Below are positions 1 through 8,866 of a DNA stretch of 64,000 bases, one piece after another. A program made the translations under genes and the position numbers. Source of the DNA: an uncultured Gemmatimonadales bacterium (GTDB taxonomy: Bacteria; Gemmatimonadota; Gemmatimonadetes; Longimicrobiales; RSA9); NCBI GenBank assembly GCA_963798085.1, contig CAWCRS010000001.1, positions 96,001 to 160,000 of the forward strand. The letters run 5' to 3'. The notes under the pieces were generated by a model. It saw only the letters and a program-made list of their open reading frames with translations. It did no database searches and had not been told where the DNA came from. Each line of letters begins with the position of its first letter. The stretch's first letter is position 1.

Positions 1-2
1 AT

Positions 3-899
3 CTGCTGGCCAGCGGCGAGGACGATGCGTCGTTCGTCGTCGAGAGCGAGAGCAATGGCGCGTCGTATCTGCGTTTTGGCGATGACACGTTCGGCCGGCG
101 CCCCGCCGCAGGCACGGCTTTCGTTGCGAACTACCGTGTTGGCAACGGCAACAGCGGCAATGTCGGGCTGGCGGCGATCCGTCACGTGGTCAGCACCGAT
201 GGCCGGCTGACGGGCGCAGCCAACCTGCTGCCTGCTGCCGGTGGCATCGAACCCGAGACCATCGCGGAAGCGCGTCTGCGCGCGCCCGTCGCGTTCCGCA
301 CGCAGGAGCGTGCCGTCACACCCGACGACTACGCGCGTCTCGCGGAGACGCACCCGGAAGTGCAGCGTGCCGCGGCCGCGTTCCGCTGGACCGGCAGCTG
401 GCGCACGGTATTCCTGACCGTGGATCGCGTCGGCGGCCTGCCCATCGATGATACATTCGAGGCGACGATGCGTCGTCATCTGGAACGCTATCGTCTGACC
501 GGCCACGACCTCGAGATCGAGACGCCGGATTTCGTATCCCTCGAGATCGCCATGGATGTCTGTGCGGGGCCGGAACGCGCGGCGTCGGATGTGCGACGCG
601 AGCTGCTCGACATCTTCAGCGCGCGTCAGCTGCCCGATGGCCGCCGCGGTCTCTTCCACCCCGACGCGCTGACGTTCGGCCAGACAGTGTTCCTCAGCCG
701 TCTCTACTCGGCGGCGCAGAAGGTCGCCGCCGTGCGCACGGTGTCCATCACCACGTTCCAGCGGCAGAGCCAGCCGCTGTCGTCGGGCATTACCTCGGGC
801 CGTCTGGAATTTGCGCGCACGGAGATCGCCCGCCTCGACAATGATCCCGATTTCCCCGAGCACGGCGTGCTGACCATAACCGTGGGAGGTGGCCGGTGA
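3..899 (+). CDS. Putative baseplate assembly protein (baseplate J-like), 5'-truncated by the window edge
   Basis: The frame is open from base 3 (LLASGEDDASFVVE...LRFGDDTFGRRP...YRVGNGNSGNVG). It continues into the listed ORF 186-899 with RAVTPDDYA, FRWTGSWRTVFLTVDR and EIARLDNDPDFPEHGVL, typical of CIS/phage-tail baseplate proteins. Confidence 0.85.
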   Translation: MLASGEDDASFVVESESNGASYLRFGDDTFGRRPAAGTAFVANYRVGNGNSGNVGLAAIRHVVSTDGRLTGAANLLPAAGGIEPETIAEARLRAPVAFRTQERAVTPDDYARLAETHPEVQRAAAAFRWTGSWRTVFLTVDRVGGLPIDDTFEATMRRHLERYRLTGHDLEIETPDFVSLEIAMDVCAGPERAASDVRRELLDIFSARQLPDGRRGLFHPDALTFGQTVFLSRLYSAAQKVAAVRTVSITTFQRQSQPLSSGITSGRLEFARTEIARLDNDPDFPEHGVLTITVGGGR

Positions 900-3529
900 C
901 CGAGCCGCGGCTGCCTGACAGCGAGTTCGAGCGCAACCGCCACGCGGCCCTGCGCGCGCGTCTGCTGGCGCAGCTCTCGGCCGCGAATCACCCGGCGCTG
1001 GCCGGCCTGACATCGCGCGCGCCCGATGACTTCGTCATTGCGTTGCTTGATGCCTGGGCGGCGGCCGGCGACGTCATCAGCTTCTATGACGAGCGCATCG
1101 CCAACGAATCGTATCTGCGCACGGCGACGGAGCGCTTCTCCGTGCTCCAGCTCGCGCGGCTCATCGGCTACGAGCCTCGCCCGGGCCTCGCGGCGGAGAC
1201 TTTCCTGGCGTTCACACTGGAGACCGCGATCGGCGCACCGCGCGCGGTTACGATTGCGCCGGGCGCCAGGGTGCAGAGTCAGCCCGGCCCGGGCGAGCTG
1301 CCGCAGCTGTTCGAGACCGTCGAGGAGATCCCTGCACGACCCGCGTGGAACGCGCTGGTGCCACGTCTGAGCGTGCCCCAGAACGTGACCGTGAACAACG
1401 CTTCGTTCACGGTGGCCGCCGGCGCCGCGATCCAGCCTGGTGATGCACTGTTAGTGCGTGCGGGCGGCGCCTTCCAGGTGCGGCGCGTGCGCCGCGTCGT
1501 ACCTTCGCCCGATGCGCGCACCACCCGCCTCGATGTGAGCACGGGCGCCACCGGCACGGGTGCGCTGGTCGAGCTGTCCACCGGCGCCTTCGCCGCGCCT
1601 TTCACGGATGCCGCGCCGCTCAATGCAAACACCGTGAACAACCGCATCCTCGGTCGCAAATGGCATCAGGCGGACCTGCTGGCGCTGGCGGCCGCGCAGC
1701 AGTGGCCGCTCGACAAACTCACGGCCGCGATCCAGGGCCAGCTCGCGGCGCGCGCCTCGGCCTCCGCCGGAGAGCTGTACGTGATGCGGCAGCGCGCCGC
1801 GCTGTTCGGCCACAACGCGCCCGCGTACGAGTCGCTCCCCGCATCACTGCGCTTCACGAGTTTCCGCGAAGCCACCAAGACGACCGCGGGCATCGCGACG
1901 TTCGCATCGGTCGGCGCCGCATTCGGCACGAACTGGGAGAATCGCACGGCCGCACAGGAGGCCGGGTCGCAGCCGGTGATCTTCCTCGATGCCGTGTATC
2001 CCGGCATCACACCGGGCGGCTGGGTGGTGCTGCGCGACGGCGACAACCAGCGCGCCTATCAGATCACGGACGTCGGCGAGGTGGCGCGCACGTCGTTCAC
2101 CTTGAGTGCAAAGGTTTCCCGCCTGCTGCTCAACACCGCCGCCGATCTGGGCCTCTTCAAGCTGCGTACCACCACCGTGCTGCTGCAGAGCGAGCCGCTC
2201 ACGCTCACGGGTGTTCCAGTGGCAGCACCGGTGGCCGGCAGCGCCATCCAGCTCGACTCGCCGTATCTCGAGCTGCGGGCGGGACAGCGACTCGCCGCCA
2301 GCGGCCCGCGTGCCGACCTGGCCGGTGCAGCAGCGGGCGAAGTGCGCTCGCTGGCTGACACCGTGCTGGACGACGGCCGCACCGTGCTCGTGCTCGACCG
2401 TGCGCTCGATTTCACATACGTGCGCAGCGACCTGCAGCCGGAGGGGCGGGTTCGCCTGTGCGCCAATGTCGCGCGCGCCACGCACGGCGAGTCCGTGAGC
2501 GAGATCGTGGGCGCCGGCAATGCGCGCAAGCCGTTCCCGACTTTCGCGCTGCGCCAGTCGCCCCTGACGTTTGTGAGCGCTGCCACGCCTTCAGGCGAGG
2601 CGTCCACGCTCGAGCTGCGCGTAAATGATGTGTTATGGAAGGAAGTGCCCACGCTCGTCGGCCAGGCCGCCACGGCCAGGGTGTTCTCCACGCGCGTCGA
2701 GGATGATGGCAGCACCACGCTGCAGTTCGGCGATGGCAGTACGGGCGCCCGCCTGCCCTCGGGCACGGACAATGTGCGCGCCACGTATCGCAAGGGCATT
2801 GGCACGGCCGCCCTGCTGGATGCGGACCGGCTGACACTGCTGTTGACGCGGCCGCTGGGCGTCAAGGATGTGACCAACCCGGTGCCGGCAGTGGGTGCGG
2901 ACGATCCGGAATCACGCGATGCGGCGAGGCGCAATGCGCCGCTCACCGTGCTGACACTGGGCCGCATCGTCTCACTGCAGGACTACGAGGACTTTGCGCG
3001 CGCCTTCGCCGGTATTGCCCGCGCCTTCGCCACGTGGATGTCGCTGGGCAATGAGCGTGGCATCCTGCTCACGGTCAGCGGTCCCCGCGGCGAGGATGTC
3101 GCGGAAGGCAGCGTACTGGCGGGCAATCTGCTGAGCGCCATCGCGCAATCCGGCGATCCCAGGGTGCCCGTTCGCCTGGTGAATCGCAGCCGCGTCTGGT
3201 TCCGCCTGGACGCGCGCGTCCGCACGGATCCCGACTTCACCCGCCTCAAGGTCCTGGCGCAGGTCGAGCAGGTGCTGCGCACGCGCTTCGGCTTCGATGC
3301 CCGCGACTTCGGGCAGGCGGTCACGCTCGCCGAAGTCATGGCCACCATGCACGAAGTGGCGGGCGTTGTCGGCGTGGATGTCGATGCGCTGTACCGCCCG
3401 GACGAGCAGGGCGCCATTCCTAACACTGTCGTACCCTCCCATGTGCCGCCCGCCGGCACGGCGCTGGCCACACCCGCCGAGCTGGTGCTGCTGGACCCCC
3501 GGCCCCTCAACTTCGCGGAGCTGTCGTGA
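896..3529 (+). CDS. Putative baseplate assembly protein (second baseplate J-like protein)
   Basis: N-terminal DDFVIALLDAWAAAGDVISFYDERIANESYLRTATER...LIGY, internal FGDGSTGARLPSG and C-terminal RIVSLQDYEDFARAFAGI. GTGA overlap with the upstream gene. Confidence 0.88.
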   Translation: MTEPRLPDSEFERNRHAALRARLLAQLSAANHPALAGLTSRAPDDFVIALLDAWAAAGDVISFYDERIANESYLRTATERFSVLQLARLIGYEPRPGLAAETFLAFTLETAIGAPRAVTIAPGARVQSQPGPGELPQLFETVEEIPARPAWNALVPRLSVPQNVTVNNASFTVAAGAAIQPGDALLVRAGGAFQVRRVRRVVPSPDARTTRLDVSTGATGTGALVELSTGAFAAPFTDAAPLNANTVNNRILGRKWHQADLLALAAAQQWPLDKLTAAIQGQLAARASASAGELYVMRQRAALFGHNAPAYESLPASLRFTSFREATKTTAGIATFASVGAAFGTNWENRTAAQEAGSQPVIFLDAVYPGITPGGWVVLRDGDNQRAYQITDVGEVARTSFTLSAKVSRLLLNTAADLGLFKLRTTTVLLQSEPLTLTGVPVAAPVAGSAIQLDSPYLELRAGQRLAASGPRADLAGAAAGEVRSLADTVLDDGRTVLVLDRALDFTYVRSDLQPEGRVRLCANVARATHGESVSEIVGAGNARKPFPTFALRQSPLTFVSAATPSGEASTLELRVNDVLWKEVPTLVGQAATARVFSTRVEDDGSTTLQFGDGSTGARLPSGTDNVRATYRKGIGTAALLDADRLTLLLTRPLGVKDVTNPVPAVGADDPESRDAARRNAPLTVLTLGRIVSLQDYEDFARAFAGIARAFATWMSLGNERGILLTVSGPRGEDVAEGSVLAGNLLSAIAQSGDPRVPVRLVNRSRVWFRLDARVRTDPDFTRLKVLAQVEQVLRTRFGFDARDFGQAVTLAEVMATMHEVAGVVGVDVDALYRPDEQGAIPNTVVPSHVPPAGTALATPAELVLLDPRPLNFAELS

Positions 3530-5556
3530 CCATTACCGCCGATCGGCTCGCCGGGCTGCTGCCGGCCCTCTATCGCGTCCGCGATGCGGAGGCGGGCGGA
3601 CCGCTGCAGGCACTGCTCGAAGTCATTGCTGCTTCCATGGCAGACCTCGAGGAGGAGATCGAGCAGCTTTACGACAATCAGTTCATCGAGACCGCTTCGC
3701 CTTCGGTACTGCCGTGGTTCGCCGATCTCGTGGGCGCGCGCGCCTTCGGCCTGCCCGTCGAGAAGGATGAGACGCAGCCGGAGCGCAGTGCGGAATCGCT
3801 GCGCGCGCAGATCGCCAACACGGTGGGTAACCGGCGCCGTCGCGGCACGGCTGCAGCACTCGAGCAGGTGGCGAGGGACATCACGGGCTGGGACGCCGTC
3901 GTCGTCGAATTCTTCCAGCGTCTTGCTGCCACGCAGGCGCTGCACCACCTGCGGCCCGGCAACATCGTGACCGCAGACCTGCGCGACATTGCCGGCCTGG
4001 ATCGCGTCGGCTCGGCCTTCGAGCCCGTCACGCGCACGGTGGACGTGCGCCGGATTGCCTCGGGCCGCGGTACGCACAACATCCCCAACGTCGGCATCTT
4101 CCTCTGGCCGTTCCGCGCCGAGCGGTGGGTGCTGTCCCCCGCCTTCGAGATCGATCCCCGGCGCTTCGTGCTGCACCCGCTCGGCATCGACGCGGCGCTG
4201 CGCACAGATCCCGTGGCCGAGCGTTCGCTGGCCGGACTGGCGCAGCCGCTCAACCTGCCACTGCCCATCAGCCGCCGCGCCATGGACGCCGCGCTGGACG
4301 ACTACTACGGCGCCGGCAGAAGTCTGCTGCTCAATGTGGATGGCGTGCCCGTTACGAGCAACGTGTTAGTCGCCGACCTGTCGAATGTCGGCGCGGATGA
4401 CGCGTCCGGCTGGTCCTGTGCGCCCGCTGCAGGCGACATTGCGGTGGACCCCGTGCTCGGCCGCATTGCCTTCCCGCCCGCGGCGCCGCCGCCCACCACG
4501 GTGCGCGCCAGCTTCTTCGCTGGGCATCGCACGGGCATGGGCGGTGGCGCCTACGAGCGCGCCGCCAGCTTCCGCTCGCCCGGCTCCGTGCTCGCGCAGG
4601 TCACGGGCGCGGTCAGCACGATCCCCACCGCCATCGCACAGGTGCTGGATGGCGGCACCATCGAGATCACGGACAGCGATCGCTACATCGATTCACTCCT
4701 CATTCAGGCGAATGACAACGCGCAGATCGAGCTGCGCGCGGCCAACGAGCACTTCCCGCACCTCGCGCTGCCCGACGACTTCGAGATCAATGGCGACGGC
4801 ATCGAGGTCTGGCTGAATGGCCTGCTCATCAGTGGCGCCGCGATTGTCGTGGGGCCGGGCGTGGCGCAGGTGCACATCCGCCATTGCACGCTGGTGCCCG
4901 GCAGCGGCCTGAACCGCAATGGCACGCCCGTCGACACCACGGCGCCGTCGCTCATCATCGAGGGCACCGCCACCAGCGTCGAGATCGAGAGCAGCATCGT
5001 CGGCACGGTGCACCTCACGCGCGGCTCCTCGCTCAGCGCGCGTTACAGCGTCATTGATGCCACAGCGCCGGACGGCATCGCGCTGGCCAATGGCACACTG
5101 GCCGCTGCGGGTGGTGCCGTGTCGCTCGAGCAGTGCACGGTGATCGGCAAGGTGTGGACGGAACAGCTGGATGCATCCGACAGCATCCTGTTTGCCCGCC
5201 TGGCCGCCGCCGATCCGTGGACCTCACCGGTGCGCAGCGAAAAGCGACAGGAAGGCTGCGTGCGTTTCAGCTTCGTGCCGCCGGGCTCGCTCACGCCGCG
5301 GCGCTACCGCTGCCAGCCCAATGCCGCGCACACCGGCCTGCTCCCGCGCTTCCGCACCCTGCGCTTCGGCCTGCCGGACTACGCCCTGCTCGCGAAGAAC
5401 TGCGCGCCCGAGATCGCGGAAGGCGGGGATGATGGAGGCGAAATGGGCGCGTTCGTAAGACTGCGTTTGCGCCAGCGCGTGGCCAATCTGCGGGCCGCGC
5501 TGCCGGAGCATCTGCGATTCGGGCTCGAGGCCGGCACTTTCGTGTCGGAACTCTGA
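3526..5556 (+). CDS. Phage tail/baseplate wedge protein (P2 gpI-like N-terminus)
   Basis: LLPALYRVRD...IEQLYDNQFIETA...LPWFADLVG...RAQIANTVGNRRRRGTAAALEQVARDITGW, plus C-terminal GCVRFSFVP...EMGAF. Translationally coupled to the baseplate gene. Confidence 0.75.
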   Translation: MTITADRLAGLLPALYRVRDAEAGGPLQALLEVIAASMADLEEEIEQLYDNQFIETASPSVLPWFADLVGARAFGLPVEKDETQPERSAESLRAQIANTVGNRRRRGTAAALEQVARDITGWDAVVVEFFQRLAATQALHHLRPGNIVTADLRDIAGLDRVGSAFEPVTRTVDVRRIASGRGTHNIPNVGIFLWPFRAERWVLSPAFEIDPRRFVLHPLGIDAALRTDPVAERSLAGLAQPLNLPLPISRRAMDAALDDYYGAGRSLLLNVDGVPVTSNVLVADLSNVGADDASGWSCAPAAGDIAVDPVLGRIAFPPAAPPPTTVRASFFAGHRTGMGGGAYERAASFRSPGSVLAQVTGAVSTIPTAIAQVLDGGTIEITDSDRYIDSLLIQANDNAQIELRAANEHFPHLALPDDFEINGDGIEVWLNGLLISGAAIVVGPGVAQVHIRHCTLVPGSGLNRNGTPVDTTAPSLIIEGTATSVEIESSIVGTVHLTRGSSLSARYSVIDATAPDGIALANGTLAAAGGAVSLEQCTVIGKVWTEQLDASDSILFARLAAADPWTSPVRSEKRQEGCVRFSFVPPGSLTPRRYRCQPNAAHTGLLPRFRTLRFGLPDYALLAKNCAPEIAEGGDDGGEMGAFVRLRLRQRVANLRAALPEHLRFGLEAGTFVSEL

Positions 5557-5603
5557 CAGGTCAGCGTACCCGCACCGCGCGGGTACCGCACAGGAGATCG
5601 ACC

Positions 5604-8405
5604 ATGCACGGCGACTTCAGCCGCCAGACATTCGAGCCGCGCAAGCATTATGCGGGCGTGCTGCTGCAGCAGGGTCGCGTCCAGACCAATGCGGACTGGA
5701 ACGAGGCCACGCAAATCGGGCAGCACCAGCTCGAGACCACGGCCGCCAATGTGATCGGCCCGACGGGTGCTCCCCGTGATAACGCCGGGTTCCAGCTGAG
5801 CGCCGCGGGCGCCACCCTCAACATTGGCGCCGGCCGCTACTACGTCGACGGCATCCTCTGCGAGAACGAGGCGGCCCTGGCGCTCAGTGCGCAGACCGGC
5901 GCGGCGCCACCCGCGGGCGCCGGCCTCTACGCCGTGTACCTCAATGTGTGGCGCCGCCATGTCTCGGCCATCGAAGACCCGTCCATTCGCGAGCCGGCAT
6001 TGGGCGGGCCCGATACGGCAACGCGTGTGCAGACCGCATGGCTGGTTCGCCTCGTGCGCATTGGCAATGCCAACGCCAATGCGGTGTGCAGCACGGTGTC
6101 GCCGCAGTGGCAGGCCACACTGCCCGCCAGCACCGGTACGCTGCGCGCGTCCACGCAGGCGGTCGCTGCGCCCACCACGCCCTGCGTGCTGCCCGCCAGT
6201 GCGGGCTATCGCGGCCTCGAGAATCAGCTCTACCGCGTGGAAGTGCACGGGGCCGGCAACCAGGCAACCGCACGCTTCAAGTGGTCGCGCGAGAACGGCT
6301 CCGTGGTGGCCGCCGTGGAGAGCGTGAGCGGCGCCGATGTCACACTGCGCGACCTGCGCACCGATGACCCCCTCGGCTTCGCCCAGGGCGACTGGGTCGA
6401 GCTGATCGATGATGCGCTGGAAGCCGCGAACCAGCGCGGCGATCTCTTCCAGATCGCGCAGCTCGCGCCCGAGATCCGCCGCGTGACGCTCAATACCGCA
6501 CCCGCGCTCGTGGCTAACGCGGCATTGCACCCGCGGCTGCGTCGCTGGGACCAGACGGCGGGCGCCACCAGCCAGGGCGTGTCCATGGTGCCGGGCGGTG
6601 GCGCCACCTCCATATCGCTGGAGCGCGGCGTCGAGGTGAGCTTCGGCGCGGGCCAGTACAATGCCGGCGACTACTGGCTCATTCCCGCGCGCACCGCGCT
6701 GGGCAACGAGCTGGGCACCATTGACTGGCCCGCGGGCCAGTTCCTGCCGCCCGCCGGCATCCGCCACCACTTCGCGCTGCTCGGCGCGTTCAACTTCGAT
6801 GGCGCGAACTTCAGCGCCACGACAGCGGCCGACTGCCGCGAGATCTTCCCGCCGCTGACCGATCTGCACGCAGTCGACGTGGCCTATGACGCCGGCGCCT
6901 GCAGCGACCTGGCGGGCGTGACCACCGTGCAGCAGGCGCTCGATGTGCTGTGCGACCGGCGGGAGGAGTGCTGCGGCATCGTGCTCGAGCCGCTGCCCGG
7001 CTGGGAAGCGGCCTTCGACCAGATCCCGGCCGGCGGTCACGGCCACTTCTGCTTCCGCGCGGCCGACTATCCGCTGGCGGCCACGAAGACCATCACCGGC
7101 AAGGGCACGATCCTGCTGACGGGAGCCGGTCCCGCGAGTCGCATTGTCACCAACAACGAGTGCGCGCTGCTCTTCTCCGGCTGTACCAGTGTGACGGTGC
7201 GCGATGTCGCGTTCATCAGCGGCAGCCCGGGCAAGCCCGTGACTGGCCTGAAGGCGCTGAACGGCGTGCTCACCTGCGACAACGTGGCTGCGGTCACCAT
7301 TGAGCACGTCTCCGCCAGCTGCTCCGCGTCTACGCGCAAGAAGAGCGCATGCCTGGCCGTGCGCAATGCCGCGGTCGCGAGCGCCACCGCGGCCGGACCC
7401 GGAACGGTGCGCATCCGTGGCTGCGACATCGAGGTGGGCTATCAGCAGGTGGGCATCCTCGTGGTCAATGCGCTGCGCGCCACCATCGAGGACAACGCGC
7501 TCCGCGTCGGTCCCGACGTGCCGGCGGGCGCGCAGATCCACCGCCGCATCACGGACCCGGCCGTGCGCGCGCCCATCAGCAAACTCCTGGTTAAGGCGTC
7601 TGTAGCGAAAGCCGCGGGCTCGTCCGTGCCCGCGCCGGTGGTCACCACGGCGGCCGGCGGCGCCATCACGCTGCGCGCGGGCGCGCAGCAGGTCAACTTC
7701 TCCACGGATCCCTCGCTCGCGCCGGCGTGGTCCGCGCTCATCGCCGCCGCACCGCCCACCGACACCACCACCGCGGCGGCTGTCGCCGCGTACGTCAGCT
7801 CGCTCGCCAATCGCGTGCTCTTCGACCCGACGTTCCGCGAGCAGTTCGCGCTGCTGCGCACCTGGTTCGACACGCTGCGCGCCGACAACCCTCCCGCCGC
7901 GGCGCAGGGCATTGTCGTGGGCGGCCAGGTCGCGCGTGACGTGCGCGTCCGCGGCAACACGCTGTCAGGCATGATCGAAGGCGTGCACATCGGTGTGAGC
8001 CACCGCGAGGGACAGCGCGGTACGCCCGACAGCGCCGGCACCGTCCTGATACGCGACAATTCCATCGACACCGTGCTGCCTGCCGCCACCACGCGCCAGC
8101 GTTATGGCATTTACCTCGGCAACTGCGACAGCGCCGTGATCGAGGACAACTTCATCAGTGTGCAGCGCACCGTGCTCACACTGCGCATGCACGTGGATGG
8201 CATCCACATCTTCGGACGCATGGGCCGGCGCCTGATCGTGCGCCAGAACCACCTGCGCGGCTTCCAGACCGGCGTCGCCTTCACCCCCACACCGGCATCG
8301 CTCACGGCGTCCCGGCTCTGGGTGGTGGCGGAAACCATGGCGGAGTCCGCCAGTGTCGCCGTGACGGGGCCGGCGAGCCTGATCCAGGCGAACAACATCA
8401 AGTGA
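5604..8405 (+). CDS. DUF6519-domain protein with C-terminal right-handed beta-helix (putative tail fibre/spike)
   Basis: Starts MHGDFSRQTF...VLLQQGRVQTNADWNE and contains GYRGLENQLYRVEVH, FKWSRENGSV and GDYWLIPARTA. The C-terminal part has PbH1-like repeats (ATIEDN, VRVRGN, VLIRDN, AVIEDN, IVRQN). RBS AGGAG at ~5592. Confidence 0.8.
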   Translation: MHGDFSRQTFEPRKHYAGVLLQQGRVQTNADWNEATQIGQHQLETTAANVIGPTGAPRDNAGFQLSAAGATLNIGAGRYYVDGILCENEAALALSAQTGAAPPAGAGLYAVYLNVWRRHVSAIEDPSIREPALGGPDTATRVQTAWLVRLVRIGNANANAVCSTVSPQWQATLPASTGTLRASTQAVAAPTTPCVLPASAGYRGLENQLYRVEVHGAGNQATARFKWSRENGSVVAAVESVSGADVTLRDLRTDDPLGFAQGDWVELIDDALEAANQRGDLFQIAQLAPEIRRVTLNTAPALVANAALHPRLRRWDQTAGATSQGVSMVPGGGATSISLERGVEVSFGAGQYNAGDYWLIPARTALGNELGTIDWPAGQFLPPAGIRHHFALLGAFNFDGANFSATTAADCREIFPPLTDLHAVDVAYDAGACSDLAGVTTVQQALDVLCDRREECCGIVLEPLPGWEAAFDQIPAGGHGHFCFRAADYPLAATKTITGKGTILLTGAGPASRIVTNNECALLFSGCTSVTVRDVAFISGSPGKPVTGLKALNGVLTCDNVAAVTIEHVSASCSASTRKKSACLAVRNAAVASATAAGPGTVRIRGCDIEVGYQQVGILVVNALRATIEDNALRVGPDVPAGAQIHRRITDPAVRAPISKLLVKASVAKAAGSSVPAPVVTTAAGGAITLRAGAQQVNFSTDPSLAPAWSALIAAAPPTDTTTAAAVAAYVSSLANRVLFDPTFREQFALLRTWFDTLRADNPPAAAQGIVVGGQVARDVRVRGNTLSGMIEGVHIGVSHREGQRGTPDSAGTVLIRDNSIDTVLPAATTRQRYGIYLGNCDSAVIEDNFISVQRTVLTLRMHVDGIHIFGRMGRRLIVRQNHLRGFQTGVAFTPTPASLTASRLWVVAETMAESASVAVTGPASLIQANNIK

Positions 8406-8438
8406 ACCCGGGGACTGCGCCACGCCGGCGCCGAATGC

Positions 8439-8672
8439 ATGGTCGTCGGACAGGGTCTCGGTGTGGCCGCCATTGGCGCAGGCATCGGCGTGGCCATCGC
8501 GTTGCTCGTCACACGACTCATGGTGAGCCTCCTCTACGGCGTGCGGCCGGGGGACCCCCTCACGCTGATTGCCGTCGCACTGCTCATGCTGTTTGTTGCG
8601 TGCGCCGCGGCGTGGGCGCCCGCGCGGCGTGCGGCGCGCGTGGATCCGCTCGCGTCGATGCGCCTGCAGTGA
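8439..8672 (+). pseudogene. C-terminal remnant of an ADOP/MacB-FtsX ABC permease
   Basis: The 77 aa (...LLYGVRPGDPLTL...APARRAARVDP...MR) match the C-termini of the full-length permeases in this window (LFGVKPGDPITF...PARQATRLDP; LFEVKPGDPLTF). About 90% of the gene is missing. Confidence 0.75.
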
Positions 8673-8866
8673 GTCGAGGCCTGTGGACTCCGGCTCTTCC
8701 CACTCGGCAAGAGGATGCCCATGCACCTGACATTACAGATGTACGTCGGTGTCGCGGGGGACTCAGGCCGCGGTCATGCGGATCACGGACTTGATCGCAC
8801 GACGCTCGTTCATGGCCCGGCAGGCCTCCCGCGGAGCAAGGTTGCACGACTCGCTGCAGGGATGCT

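Noticed and set aside
5379..7541. Long antisense and alternative-frame ORFs (e.g. 5379-7541, 14331-16463, 45117-47006, 54114-56774)
   Set aside because: They are shadow ORFs of well-supported genes in high-GC DNA, with Arg/Ala/Gly-rich translations and no family motifs.
1..8405. Intact prophage
   Set aside because: No capsid, terminase, integrase, lysis genes or att repeats are visible, and the gene set matches CIS-type loci better. The upstream part is not visible.
8725..8742. CTGACATTACAG as a fourth copy of the glycan-locus operator
   Set aside because: It is only a partial match and lies between convergent gene ends with no promoter context.
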